Assembly (NCBI GenBank): GCA_965140785.1
Contig: OZ223477.1
Span: forward strand, 1-24,083
DNA: 24,083 nt
Direction: 5' to 3'
From: an uncultured Ruficoccus sp.
GTDB taxonomy: Bacteria > Verrucomicrobiota > Verrucomicrobiia > Opitutales > Cerasicoccaceae
Both the position numbers and the translations under genes were made by a program. The notes beneath the pieces are model-generated. The model had not been told where the DNA came from. It ran no database searches and saw nothing but the letters and a program-made list of their open reading frames with translations. Within the stretch, counting starts at the first letter, position 1. Each line of letters opens with the position of its first letter. This document shows positions 1 to 9,241 of this stretch, in pieces.

Positions 1-2
1 TC

Positions 3-323
3 GATTCGGCCAAAGTCGGCCTGATCAACAGCATCCTCCAGGAATCCGGTATCCCGACCATGCTCCGCAACTGGTCGGGCTCGAACATTACCGAGATTCC
101 CATCCCGGTAATGTTTCCCAATGTCTGCGTCATGAATCGCGAGGACATCGCCCGCGCCCGTGAAATCATCGATGAGTACTTCAACTGCACCCCCCTCGAC
201 GAGCCCGAGTGGACCTGCCCCAAATGCGGCGAGACGAACGACGGCTTCCTGACCGAGTGCTGGGCCTGCCAGGCGCCCCGCCCCGGCCTGGCCGAGCTGC
301 CGGAGGCCACGGACGAAGGCTGA
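3..323 (+). CDS. DUF2007-like (putative signal-transducing) protein with C-terminal RanBP2-type zinc finger; 5' end lies outside the window
   Basis: The frame is open from base 3 (DSAKVGLINSILQESGIPTMLRN...). It ends with WTCPKCGETNDGFLTECWAC (W-x-C-x2-C-x3-N-x6-C-x2-C). Confidence 0.75.
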   Translation, partial: DSAKVGLINSILQESGIPTMLRNWSGSNITEIPIPVMFPNVCVMNREDIARAREIIDEYFNCTPLDEPEWTCPKCGETNDGFLTECWACQAPRPGLAELPEATDEG

Positions 324-410
324 GCGGAGACCATCCGCCCATCTTGCTATACCGGTTCCATGGCTCCGTCCCAAACGGAGCCAAGGTGATGCGCCAGCAT
401 CACGGGCACA
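324..410. repeat. Cluster of three hairpins in a convergent intergenic region (REP-like)
   Basis: GCGGA-gacca-TCCGC (324-338), TGGCTCCGT-cccaa-ACGGAGCCA (361-383) and GTGATGC-gcca-GCATCAC (386-403). The last recurs at 4619-4635. Confidence 0.6.
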
Positions 411-426
411 GAGACTTTAGTCCTGC

Positions 427-1617
427 CTATTCCCAGCCGCCAATGGCGACCTCCTCGGGCAGGGAGCCAGAGGGGACGGGGACGCCGTTGACCAGCGGAT
501 ACTTGTATTCGCGGCCTTCGTAGTTGCGCATGACGACCTCCGAATCGGTGATTTTTTTCACGTATTCGGGGTTGATGGGGACCTTGCCGCCGCCGCCGGG
601 GGCGTCGATCACGTACTGGGGAACGGCGTAGCCGGTGGTGTTGCCGCGCAACTGCTGGATGAGCTTGATGCCACTGCGCACGTCGGTACGCAGGTGGGCG
701 CTGCCAGTGATCAAGTCGCACTGGTAAAGGTAGTACGGGCGCACGCGCATCATCAATAGTCGGTGCACGAGGCTCTTCATCGTCTCGATGTTGTCGTTTA
801 CGCCCTTGAGCAGAACGCTCTGGTTGCCGATCGGCACCCCGGCGTAGGCCAACCGCTCCGTCGCTTGGCGCAGCTCCTCGGTGCACTCGCGCGGATGGTT
901 GACGTGGATGCTCATCCAGATCGGACCGTGCTTCTTCAGTGTTTCGCAAAGCTCGGGCGTGATGCGCTGCGGCAAAAAGACCGGGATGCGCGAGCCGATG
1001 CGGATAAACTCCACATGCGGGATGGCCCGCAAACGGCCCAGCAGGTAGTCGAGCTTCTTCTCGGAGAGCAGGAGCGGGTCACCACCGGAGAGGAGCACGT
1101 CACGGATCTCCGGGTGTTCCTCAATGTACTTGAGCCCGGACTCGAACTCCGGGTGGAAATTGTAATCCTGCGCGTTGGAAACGAGCCGCGAGCGCGTACA
1201 GTACCGACAATAGGAGGCGCAGCGGTCCGTGACGAGAAACAGCACCCGGTCCGGGTAGCGGTGGACGATGCCCTTGACGGCCATACTCCCCTCCTCGCCA
1301 ACCGGGTCGAGCAGCTCCTCGGGCGAGGTCTCCATCTCCTCCTCACGAGGGATGATCTGCCGCCGGATCGGACAGTTCGGGTCGTCGCGATCGATGAGGT
1401 TGAAAAAGTAGGGCGTGATGGCCAGGGCGAGCTTACGCCCCGAGAAATAGCAGCCCGCGCGTTCCTGCGGGGAGAGCTCCAGGTATTGCTCAATCTGCTC
1501 AACTGTCGTGAGGCGGTTTTTCAACTGCCACTTCCAGTTTTTCCAGTCGCTTTCGGGGACATCGCTCCAGAGCCCTTGGCCCTGAAACCACTGATCTGTT
1601 TTATCGCGTGGATACAT
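427..1617 (-). CDS. kamA: KamA-family radical SAM protein (lysine 2,3-aminomutase-like)
   Basis: HRYPDRVL, CASYCRYC (CxxxCxxC), LLSGGDPL, NQSVLLKGVND, PYYLYQCD, PLP-lysine motif DAPGGGGK and N-terminal WKNWKWQLKNR. Confidence 0.92.
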   Translation of the reverse strand: MYPRDKTDQWFQGQGLWSDVPESDWKNWKWQLKNRLTTVEQIEQYLELSPQERAGCYFSGRKLALAITPYFFNLIDRDDPNCPIRRQIIPREEEMETSPEELLDPVGEEGSMAVKGIVHRYPDRVLFLVTDRCASYCRYCTRSRLVSNAQDYNFHPEFESGLKYIEEHPEIRDVLLSGGDPLLLSEKKLDYLLGRLRAIPHVEFIRIGSRIPVFLPQRITPELCETLKKHGPIWMSIHVNHPRECTEELRQATERLAYAGVPIGNQSVLLKGVNDNIETMKSLVHRLLMMRVRPYYLYQCDLITGSAHLRTDVRSGIKLIQQLRGNTTGYAVPQYVIDAPGGGGKVPINPEYVKKITDSEVVMRNYEGREYKYPLVNGVPVPSGSLPEEVAIGGWE

Positions 1618-1659
1618 GTGAGAGGAAAATAGTCTTACTCAGGATTCCCAAAAATTCAA

Positions 1660-1731
1660 CTACCTTTTTAAATATTTAAAATCTTCAATACATTTGCCTT
1701 GCACCCGCAAACATCTAGAGCTACCTTTTTA
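1660..1731. promoter_or_regulatory. AT-rich divergent promoter region with palindrome and direct repeat (candidate ArsR operator)
   Basis: Perfect palindrome TTTTAAATATTTAAAA (1666-1681) and direct repeat CTACCTTTTTA (1660-1670, 1721-1731), between divergent kamA and arsR. Confidence 0.45.
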
Positions 1732-1739
1732 CGTTTAGC

Positions 1740-2077
1740 ATGGGCCGCAGCCCCCACCATCAAGACACAGGAAGAACTCGCCCGCCAACTCTGGGCGGTG
1801 GGGGATATCGTGCGGCTGCAAATCCTCGACCTGTTGCCCATCAGCGCGGACTGCAAGCACGTCAGCAACGTGTCCCAACTGGCCGAAAAGCTCAAACTCT
1901 CCCAGCCCACCGTCTCGCACCACCTGCGGGTGCTGCGCCAGGCCGGGATCGTCGAGTACCGCAAGATGTGCCGCGACGTGTACTACTGGAAAAACGCCGA
2001 GGAAGCCCACGCCCTCGCAGAGTCCCTGCGCCGCATCCCTCGTCGAGGACAGCGACCAGCCCCTCAGCGACGAGTAG
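1740..2077 (+). CDS. ArsR/SmtB-family transcriptional regulator (two apparent +1 indels)
   Basis: GDIVRLQILDLL...VSQLAEKLKLSQPTVSHHLRVLRQAGIV...VYY winged HTH. Removing one G after ATG 1740 gives MAAAPTIKTQEEL. Removing one C near 2038 gives ...ILVEDSDQPLSDE* (TAG 2075-2077). Confidence 0.85.
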
Positions 2078-2192
2078 CCGTCCGAGAAGCTACGCCCTCC
2101 CGACGGAAAATCACCCATATGGAGGACTACCCCCCCTCGTGTCCATGCCCTAAGCTTGACTTGCGGGCGGGCATGATAAGCATGGGTGTTTC

Positions 2193-4396
2193 TTGAAAGC
2201 GTCGCCCCGACTTCTGCTAATCGGCTTGGTTTTGGTTTGCCTGGCCGGGATCGGCTGGGGGATCTATGCCCTCCAGAACCGGACAGCGAAAGCGCCGCCG
2301 ACGGTGACGGGGATTGGTGTACCCGGCACGAAAGCCTTTCCGGCCACGTTTTTCCCGGAGCGCTACGCGCAGTTCAGCGCGAACGCCTGCCGCGAGTGCC
2401 ACGAGGAAAGCTTCGCCGAATGGCTGCCCAGCGACCACGCCCATGCAAACCGCCCCGTGCAAATGGACTTGGACCGTCCGGCCTTTGACCCGCCACACGA
2501 GATCCAGGTGCCGGGTGAGACCTTTACCTTTTCGATGTCGTCGGAGAAGTTCTGGATGCAGGTCACTCCAGACTCAGGAGAGCCACAGCGCTATGAGTTC
2601 GATGGCGTCATCGCCGTAACGCCCCTTCGCCAATACCTGGCGAAGTTCCCAGGAGGCCGCTGGCAGACGACCAGCGTGGCTTACGATCCGGCCGCCGACG
2701 AGTGGTTTGACGTGTTTGCCGGGGACGAACGCCGCAGCGGCGAGTGGGGCCACTGGAGCGGGCAGGGCATGAACTGGAACGCCAACTGCGCCTGGTGCCA
2801 CATGACCGAGTACCAGAAGAATTTTGACTGGAAGACCGACAGCTACCACACGACCTGGCTGGAGCAGGGCGTCTCCTGCCTGCAGTGCCACCCCGGAATG
2901 GAGGAGCACGTGGCCGCCGCCCAACAGTCCGATTACGCGAACGCTCCGCCGGTAAAATCCCTCAGTGCCCGCCGGGCGATGGAGAACTGCGCTTCGTGCC
3001 ACTCCCGGCGAGACCAGCTCACGCCGGACACCTTTGAGCCCGGCGATATCTACCACCAGCACTTCGGGCTGGCGCTGCCGGACCAGCCCGGCCTCTACTA
3101 CCCCGACGGACAGATTCTTGACGAGGACTACGTCTACGCCTCATTTCTAATGAGCCCCATGGGCCACGCCGGGGTGACGTGTCTGGACTGCCATGATCCG
3201 CACTCGGGCAAGACCATCCTCCCCATCGCCGACAACAGCCTCTGCAATGCGCTGCCACGGCACCGGCCTGGATTGAAGCGACGATCATCGCGCCCACCGT
3301 CCACAGCCACCATGCCGCCGGAAGCACGGGCAACCGCTGCGTCGAGTGCCACATGCCGGAAACCGCCTACATGCAGCGCGATCCGCGTCGCGACCACGGC
3401 TTTCACTCCCCCGACCCGCTCATGACACAGGAGCTGGGCATCCCGAATGCCTGCCAGCGTTGCCACACCGAGGAGACGACCGAATGGGCCATCGAGTGGA
3501 GCGAAAAGTGGTACGGAGACAAGCTTGCCGAGAAGGCCCAACGCACACGGGCGCGGACCCTTGCTGCCGCCTACGAGGGTCAGCCGGCAGCCGCCCCCAA
3601 GCTGATCGAGCTCGCCCGCAACGAGCCCAACCACGCCTGGCGGGCGACCTTTACCGGGCTGCTGGCCCAGTATATCCCCGAGCAGGAGGTACTTGCCTAC
3701 CTGCAGGAAGCGCTCGAAGACGACAGCTCAATGGTCCGCAACCGGGCCGTACGCGGGTTTTCAATCCTGCCCCAGGCCGAACCGCTCATCGCGCCCTTGC
3801 TCGAAGACGCCTCGCGTAACGTCCGCATAGCCGCTGAGCAGGCTTATGCCAGTTGGGGCCAGCCGATCCCCAACCCCGAAGCGGCCAGGGAATGGCAAAC
3901 GTACCTGGAATTTCAGGCCGACCGCGTGAGCGGGGCCTTTATGCTGGCCGACCAGACCATCCGCGAAGGCAACAACACGCAAGCCGCGCAACTGATCCGG
4001 CAAGGGGCGGCGCTCGACCCCGCATCGCCCGAAGTCCTCCGGCAGGCCGCCGTGCTCTTCAGCCGAATCGGAGATAACGCCGCGGCGGAGGGCATACTCA
4101 AACAGGCTCTCGACGAAGCCCCGGAAGTCGCGCTGCTGCACTACTCGCTGGCGCTCCTCTACGCGAGCGACAACCGGCTGGAGGAAGCCGTGTCCCTGCT
4201 GGAGAACACCGTTACGCTCGACCCGACCTTTTACCGAGCCTGGTATAACCTTGCCCTCGCCTACACCAAGCTCGGCCAGTGGCAGCCAGCCCGGAACGCC
4301 CTCGAAAAAGCCGCACCGGCCTACGCCAACGACCCCGGCTGGCTCCAAACCCGCATGATCATCGAACGCCAGCTTTCGAACAGCGGCGGGCGGTGA
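2193..4396 (+). CDS. Membrane-anchored multiheme (8x CXXCH) cytochrome c with C-terminal HEAT-like and TPR repeats; split by two extra bases at ~3246 and ~3272
   Basis: N-terminal hydrophobic helix. Motifs CRECH, CAWCH, CLQCH, CASCH, CLDCH, then CMRCH and CVECH in the shifted frames, and CQRCH. HEAT-like ALEDDSSMVRNRAV and LLEDASRNVRIAA; TPR-like YRAWYNLALAYTKLGQWQPA. Joins ORFs 2193..3425 and 3353..4396. Confidence 0.85.
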
Positions 4397-4645
4397 GGCT
4401 TTGCCGGACCCCGCGCCCCTCAGTGCCAGAAAGACGGCACCCCCACCAAGCGGGTCCGGTCGGACCCTGTACGTTGGGTACTGGGCATCGCGCCAGACGC
4501 TGTTGAAAGTGGCTTAACTCTTGCCGACAAACGCGAACCAAGCATCAAAACCGGCTCGTTTGATGAGGCATGAGACGATCCCAAACACAGATATGGCATT
4601 TCTCCCGAACTCCCATCAGTGATGCGAAGCATCACGAGTCCAGGG
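4397..4645. repeat. Structured intergenic element (copy A) related to 21181-21386
   Basis: Several hairpins (4423-4440, 4452-4467, 4619-4635). Boxes GCAC5AC, AGCATCAAAAC and AACACAGATA occur in the same order at 21202-21299. Confidence 0.55.
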
Positions 4646-5803
4646 CTATGCCTTGGTCTTGGCGACCATCTCGTAGAACTGCGTAAAGAGCGGGTCGGCG
4701 TCGTTGGGGCCGGGGGCGGCCTCGGGGTGGTACTGCACGCTAAAAACGGGCAAGTCCTTATGGCGCAAGCCCTCAACGGTGTTGTCGTTGAGATTGAGCT
4801 CGGTCACGACACCCCCGCACTTCTCGATCTCGTCGGGAGTGGAGGCAAAGCCGTGGTTCTGTGAGGTGATGGAGACCTGGCCGGTTTCGATGTTCTTGAC
4901 CGGTTGGTTCCCGCCCCGGTGGCCGAACTTGAGCTTAAAGGTCTTCGCCCCGAGGGCGTGGGTGATGATCTGGTGCCCGAGGCAGATGCCGAAGGTCGGG
5001 TAATCCTGGATCAGCTTGGAAACACTCTCATGCGCGTAAGTCACGGCGGAGGGGTCACCCGGGCCGTTACTGAGGAAGATCGCGTCGGGCTTGAGCTCCT
5101 TGACCTGTTCGGCGGTAGTGGTGGCCGGGACGACGAACACGTCGAAGCCGTGGTTGCGCAGGCGCTTAAAGATCGAGCGCTTGGCCCCAAAATCGAAGGC
5201 CGCGACCTTAAAGGTCTTTTCCGGGCGCGTAAAGTGGTTGAGCGTGGTGCCGGTGATCTTGAACGGCTCACTCAGGCTGCCGTCCTCGTCAAAGGCGTAG
5301 GGCGTCCTGCAGGTAACCTCCTGCACATAATCAACCCCCACCAGACCGGCCCATCCCTGGGCCTTTTTGACAGCTTCCTCGTCGGAAAGGTCTTCGGTAC
5401 TCAGGCAGGCCTTCATAGCACCGTCCACACGGAGGCGCTTGGTGATGGCGCGGGTATCCACCCCGGAGAGGCCGGGGATACCGTGCAGCTCCAGATACTC
5501 GGGCAAAGACATGCGACTGCGCCAGCTACTGGAGACCGGCGAGAGGTCACGGACGACGAAAGCCTTGACCTTCGGGCCCTCCGACTCCTCGTCCTCGGGG
5601 TTGATCCCGTAGTTACCGATCTGCGAGGCCGTCATGGTGACGATCTGCGCATAGTAGGACGGGTCGGTAAGGATTTCCTGATACCCCGTCATCGAGGTAT
5701 TAAAGACGGCTTCGCCGACGACGGTTTTGGCTGCGCCAAATGCTTTGCCCCGAAAGACGCTTCCGTCTTCCAGCGCGAGGATTCCGCTAGGTGATGTGCC
5801 CAT
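4646..5803 (-). CDS. carA: Carbamoyl-phosphate synthase small (glutamine amidotransferase) subunit
   Basis: [44 protein letters not shown] (catalytic Cys), [27 protein letters not shown]. Confidence 0.98.
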   Translation of the reverse strand: MGTSPSGILALEDGSVFRGKAFGAAKTVVGEAVFNTSMTGYQEILTDPSYYAQIVTMTASQIGNYGINPEDEESEGPKVKAFVVRDLSPVSSSWRSRMSLPEYLELHGIPGLSGVDTRAITKRLRVDGAMKACLSTEDLSDEEAVKKAQGWAGLVGVDYVQEVTCRTPYAFDEDGSLSEPFKITGTTLNHFTRPEKTFKVAAFDFGAKRSIFKRLRNHGFDVFVVPATTTAEQVKELKPDAIFLSNGPGDPSAVTYAHESVSKLIQDYPTFGICLGHQIITHALGAKTFKLKFGHRGGNQPVKNIETGQVSITSQNHGFASTPDEIEKCGGVVTELNLNDNTVEGLRHKDLPVFSVQYHPEAAPGPNDADPLFTQFYEMVAKTKA

Positions 5804-5909
5804 TAGCGGTCCACAGAAATGCCCCTACCACTCTGGCGCAAATAAAAAAAGCACTTTCTGTCCGCAATCAGCGATTGCGGGGCGTATGTGGCACGATCAG
5901 GCAGGCCGG

Positions 5910-6377
5910 TCAAGCGGTCGCGAGGGGCGAATTTTCTTTGAGACAGTCAGCAATCAGCGTCAACAGCTCCTGCTCGGGCAGCTTGCAGGAGACGCAGGCG
6001 TCCATCTCGCCCTCGGCCTTGAGGGTCTGGTAGTCCTCAGGGAAGGGGGAGCGCGAACGGCCCACGATGCGGGGAGCGTGTTCCTTCCAGTTCATGCGGA
6101 TGGTTCGGGCGGCGACAACGCCGTTGAGGTCAGGCAGTTCGACATCCATCAGGACAAGATCGAAGTCGTGGTCACGCACAGCGTTCATCACTTCAACGCC
6201 GCTACTGGCCAGTTCCACCTCGTAGCCCTCCTGACGAAGCCGCTGAATCGCCCGACGCTGACCGGCAAAGCCGTCCTGCGCGATCAGGATGCGCGGGCGA
6301 GTACGGCCCTGTGGCGGGGCCGTAGATGTTCCCGTTCCGGGAGTGGCGGAACGAGGTCTTTCGAACAGTGCTTCCAT
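5910..6377 (-). CDS. Stand-alone CheY-like receiver-domain protein (atypical)
   Basis: RILIAQD...GYEVELASSGVE...FDLVLMDVELPDLNGVVAARTIR. No output domain. Confidence 0.8.
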   Translation of the reverse strand: MEALFERPRSATPGTGTSTAPPQGRTRPRILIAQDGFAGQRRAIQRLRQEGYEVELASSGVEVMNAVRDHDFDLVLMDVELPDLNGVVAARTIRMNWKEHAPRIVGRSRSPFPEDYQTLKAEGEMDACVSCKLPEQELLTLIADCLKENSPLATA

Positions 6378-6434
6378 GGTTGACTACAACTTAAAACGCT
6401 CACCGGAAAAAGTCTATCCGGTGCTCACTGTATT

Positions 6435-6468
6435 CTGAGGATTTATGATTATCATTCATAAATCTCAG
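6435..6468. promoter_or_regulatory. AT-rich inverted repeat with Fur-box-like core upstream of the receiver gene
   Basis: CTGAG(G)ATTTATGA-ttatcat-TCATAAATCTCAG. The core ATGATTATCATT matches the centre of the Fur consensus GATAATGATWATCATTATC (13/19 overall). Confidence 0.4.
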
Positions 6469-6574
6469 GGGCGAAGGCCGGGGTCCACCCTGGGGCAACG
6501 CCTTATTTGTTAAGACCGCCCGGTGAATAACTTTGTTCCAGCCCCTGCCCGTGACTGCAAAGGACACCCTTGGT

Positions 6575-6597
6575 GCTGGAATACCGTGTATTTCAGC
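6575..6597. other. Hairpin just downstream of the xylR stop (possible terminator or stabiliser, no U-tract)
   Basis: GCTGGAATAC-cgt-GTATTTCAGC. Confidence 0.3.
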
Positions 6598-6608
6598 CCA
6601 GCCGAAGC

Positions 6609-7742
6609 CTAACCGCGGGCCTGGCCGGCCACCCGGAAAGACGAGGGCGTGCGCCCGGTCACCCGGCGAAAGATCACCGCCATGCGCTCCGGGTCGTTAA
6701 AGCCGGACAACCCGGCGATCATGGAGATCGGGTAGCGGGTCTCCGCCAACAGTTCACGGGCACGGCTGACCCGCATCCGACAGAGCATGTCCCAGGGGCT
6801 GCAACCGTACACCTCCTTGAATTTCCGCTCCAGGCTACGCCGGGACATCCGTAGCTCCTTGCACATGCCGCCAACCGTAAGCGGTTCCTGAATGCGCGCC
6901 GAAAAGTACGACATCGCCCGGCGCAGTTCCGGGTCCTCCACAGCGAGGAAGTCCGCCGACTGCCGCAGGACAACCGCCCCCGGTGGCAACAGGGAGCATG
7001 TCTCGCTCCCCTCCCCCGCCAGCAGCCGTGTCATGGCCTCCCCGACCTGCTCGCCGATCCGCCCCCACGGGATGGCCACGCTCGAAAGCGTCGGGGTGCT
7101 CAGGCCGCAGACCAGTTCGTCGTTGTTGGCCCCGATCACGGCCACTTCGTCCGGCACCTTGAGGCCCGCCTGCTCACAGGCGCTGCACAGAAAGCGCCCC
7201 AACGGATCGTGCACGGCGAAGATTCCGACCGGCTTTGGCAAGCCCTCCAGCCAGGCCAGCAAGGCTTTTCCGGGCACAAAGAAATCCTCACTGTACTGGC
7301 TCGCGCGGTAGTCCTCCTCGGTGTGCTCGGGAACCGGCCCGCCGACCTCCCGGCAAAAGCCCTCGATCCGTTGCCGCGCATAGGGAGTGCCGTTACCGAG
7401 GCAAGCAAAGCTCCTCAGCCCCGCCTGCTTAAAGGCCCGTGCGGCCTCCGTGCCGACCGCCCAGTCGTCCACGTCCACACTGGTCGCCCCCGGATACACA
7501 AAGTCCGTGTCCGCAATCACCGTCGGCAGCCCAAGCTTGAGCAACCACTCGGTCACATCCGGCAGCCACTCGGTGATCAGGCCCACCGGGCGCAATTCGC
7601 CCAACAGACGCTCCAGCTCCTGCCGCGAACGCCGGATGCTCACAATCTTGAAGTCGAACTGCCGCCGCACAAAGGGAGCCAGCGCCGGGGTCAGCCGCCG
7701 CAGAAACTCCTCGCTCATAATGACTGCTACCCGTTCGCGCAT
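6609..7742 (-). CDS. xylR: XylR-type regulator (LacI-like sugar-binding domain plus AraC HTH)
   Basis: [67 protein letters not shown]. Divergent from xylA. The likely start is ATG 7742 (MRERVAVI), not 7955. Confidence 0.88.
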   Translation of the reverse strand: MRERVAVIMSEEFLRRLTPALAPFVRRQFDFKIVSIRRSRQELERLLGELRPVGLITEWLPDVTEWLLKLGLPTVIADTDFVYPGATSVDVDDWAVGTEAARAFKQAGLRSFACLGNGTPYARQRIEGFCREVGGPVPEHTEEDYRASQYSEDFFVPGKALLAWLEGLPKPVGIFAVHDPLGRFLCSACEQAGLKVPDEVAVIGANNDELVCGLSTPTLSSVAIPWGRIGEQVGEAMTRLLAGEGSETCSLLPPGAVVLRQSADFLAVEDPELRRAMSYFSARIQEPLTVGGMCKELRMSRRSLERKFKEVYGCSPWDMLCRMRVSRARELLAETRYPISMIAGLSGFNDPERMAVIFRRVTGRTPSSFRVAGQARG

Positions 7743-7785
7743 ACAGGAAAGCTTGGTCGTTTTTTGGCGTATTTCAACAGACAAT

Positions 7786-7802
7786 AACCGCAAATTGCGG
7801 TT
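7786..7802. promoter_or_regulatory. 8-1-8 palindrome between xylR and xylA (candidate operator)
   Basis: AACCGCAA-A-TTGCGGTT. Confidence 0.5.
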
Positions 7803-7887
7803 CCCGTCGAGCCAGTGTGATGATAGACTTATGGAACACGACCGGCAAAGCGTCCGCTCACACCAACCCCCGACCCCGCGTAATCCC

Positions 7888-9192
7888 ATGGCATATTTCG
7901 ACTGCGATAAAATCCAATACGAAGGCCCCGGCTCCAAGAACCCGCTCGCCTTCAAACACTACAACGCCGACGAGCTCGTCGGCGGCAAGCCGATGCGCGA
8001 GCACCTGCGCTTCGCGGGTGCGTATTGGCACATCATGCGCAACACCCTTGGAGACCCCTTTGGCGCTGGCACCGCCCAAATGCCCTGGGATGACGGCTCC
8101 GACTCGGTCGAGAACGCCTTGCGCCGCGTGGACGTGTTTTTCGAGTTTCTGGAAAAGACCGGCATCGAGTACTACTGCTGGCACGACCGCGATATCGCCC
8201 CCGAGCTGAACGACCTCGACGCCTCCAACCGCGCCCTCGACACCGTCGTTGAAAAGCTCAAGGCCAAGCAGGACGAGACCGGCGTAAAACTCCTCTGGGG
8301 CACGGCCTGCCTCTTTAACCACCCCCGCTACGCCCAGGGCGCAGCCACCTCGCCGGACGCGCGCGTCTACGCCTACGCCGCCGCCCAGGTCAAGAAGGCC
8401 CTCGAGTGCACGAAGGCACTGGACGGCCTCGGATACACCTTCTGGGGCGGACGCGAGGGCTACGCCACCCTGCTCAACACGGACATGAAGCGCGAACTCG
8501 ACCACCTCGCCAGCTTCCTTCACATGGCTATCGAGCACGCCGACAACATCGGCTTCGACGGGCCCTTCTACATCGAGCCCAAACCCCGCGAGCCCACCAC
8601 CCACCAGTACGATTCCGATGCAGCCGCCTGCCTGAATTTCCTGCGCGAGTACGGGCTCATGGACCGCTTCAAGCTTAACATCGAGACCAACCACGCCACC
8701 CTCGCCGGGCACAGTATGGAGCACGAGCTCACCGTCGCCGCCAACGCCGGCATGCTCGGCAGTATCGATGCCAACCGCGGGGACACTCTCGTCGGCTGGG
8801 ACACCGACCAGTTTCCCACCGATGTCGCCCAGACCACGCAGGTCATGCTCGTGGTGCTCGGCATGGGCGGCTTTACCACGGGAGGGCTCAACTTCGACGC
8901 CAAGCGCCGCCGCGAGTCGCACGAGCCCATGGACCTCGTCTACGCCCACATCGGCGGGATGGACACCTTTGCCCGCGGCCTCAAGGTCGCCCACGCCATC
9001 CGCGAAGATGGCCGCCTCACGCACTTCGTACAGGAGCGCTACCAGAGCTTCGACACAGAGCTTGGGGCAAAGATCAAAGCTGGGCGTTGCAGCTTCGAGG
9101 AGTTGGAGCAACTCGCCCTCTCCGGCGGCGAACCCACCCTCGCCAGTGGCCGTCAGGAACTGCTTGAGAACCTCATGAACGAGTTTTTGTAA
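7888..9192 (+). CDS. xylA: Xylose isomerase (class II)
   Basis: [81 protein letters not shown]. The likely start is ATG 7888 (MAYFDCD); the upstream extension is antisense to xylR. Confidence 0.98.
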   Translation: MAYFDCDKIQYEGPGSKNPLAFKHYNADELVGGKPMREHLRFAGAYWHIMRNTLGDPFGAGTAQMPWDDGSDSVENALRRVDVFFEFLEKTGIEYYCWHDRDIAPELNDLDASNRALDTVVEKLKAKQDETGVKLLWGTACLFNHPRYAQGAATSPDARVYAYAAAQVKKALECTKALDGLGYTFWGGREGYATLLNTDMKRELDHLASFLHMAIEHADNIGFDGPFYIEPKPREPTTHQYDSDAAACLNFLREYGLMDRFKLNIETNHATLAGHSMEHELTVAANAGMLGSIDANRGDTLVGWDTDQFPTDVAQTTQVMLVVLGMGGFTTGGLNFDAKRRRESHEPMDLVYAHIGGMDTFARGLKVAHAIREDGRLTHFVQERYQSFDTELGAKIKAGRCSFEELEQLALSGGEPTLASGRQELLENLMNEFL

Positions 9193-9216
9193 TAAGCAAA
9201 ACATCAGACCCAATCG

Positions 9217-9241
9217 GCCCCCGCTCTGTGGGGGCTTTTTT
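9217..9241 (+). terminator. Rho-independent terminator after xylA
   Basis: GCCCCC-gctctgt-GGGGGC followed by TTTTTT. Confidence 0.8.

Noticed and set aside
1699..2196. 165-aa ArsR ORF with TTG start and Arg/Pro-rich tail
   Set aside because: It is better explained as a ~111-aa ArsR (1740-2077) with two homopolymer insertions.
4397..4645. tRNA, SRP RNA, 6S RNA, tmRNA or CRISPR in the long intergenic regions
   Set aside because: I saw no cloverleaf or T-loop signature, no other recognisable RNA-family motif, and no regularly spaced repeat-spacer units.
5889..5905. TGGCACG resembling a sigma-54 -24 box
   Set aside because: The GG-to-GC spacing is 9 rather than 10 nt, and it points into the 3' end of an opposite-strand gene.
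7387..7887. 167-aa N-terminal extension of XylA, and extension of XylR to 7955
   Set aside because: The extensions overlap the divergent gene. Family similarity begins at MAYFD (7888) and near MRERV (7742).
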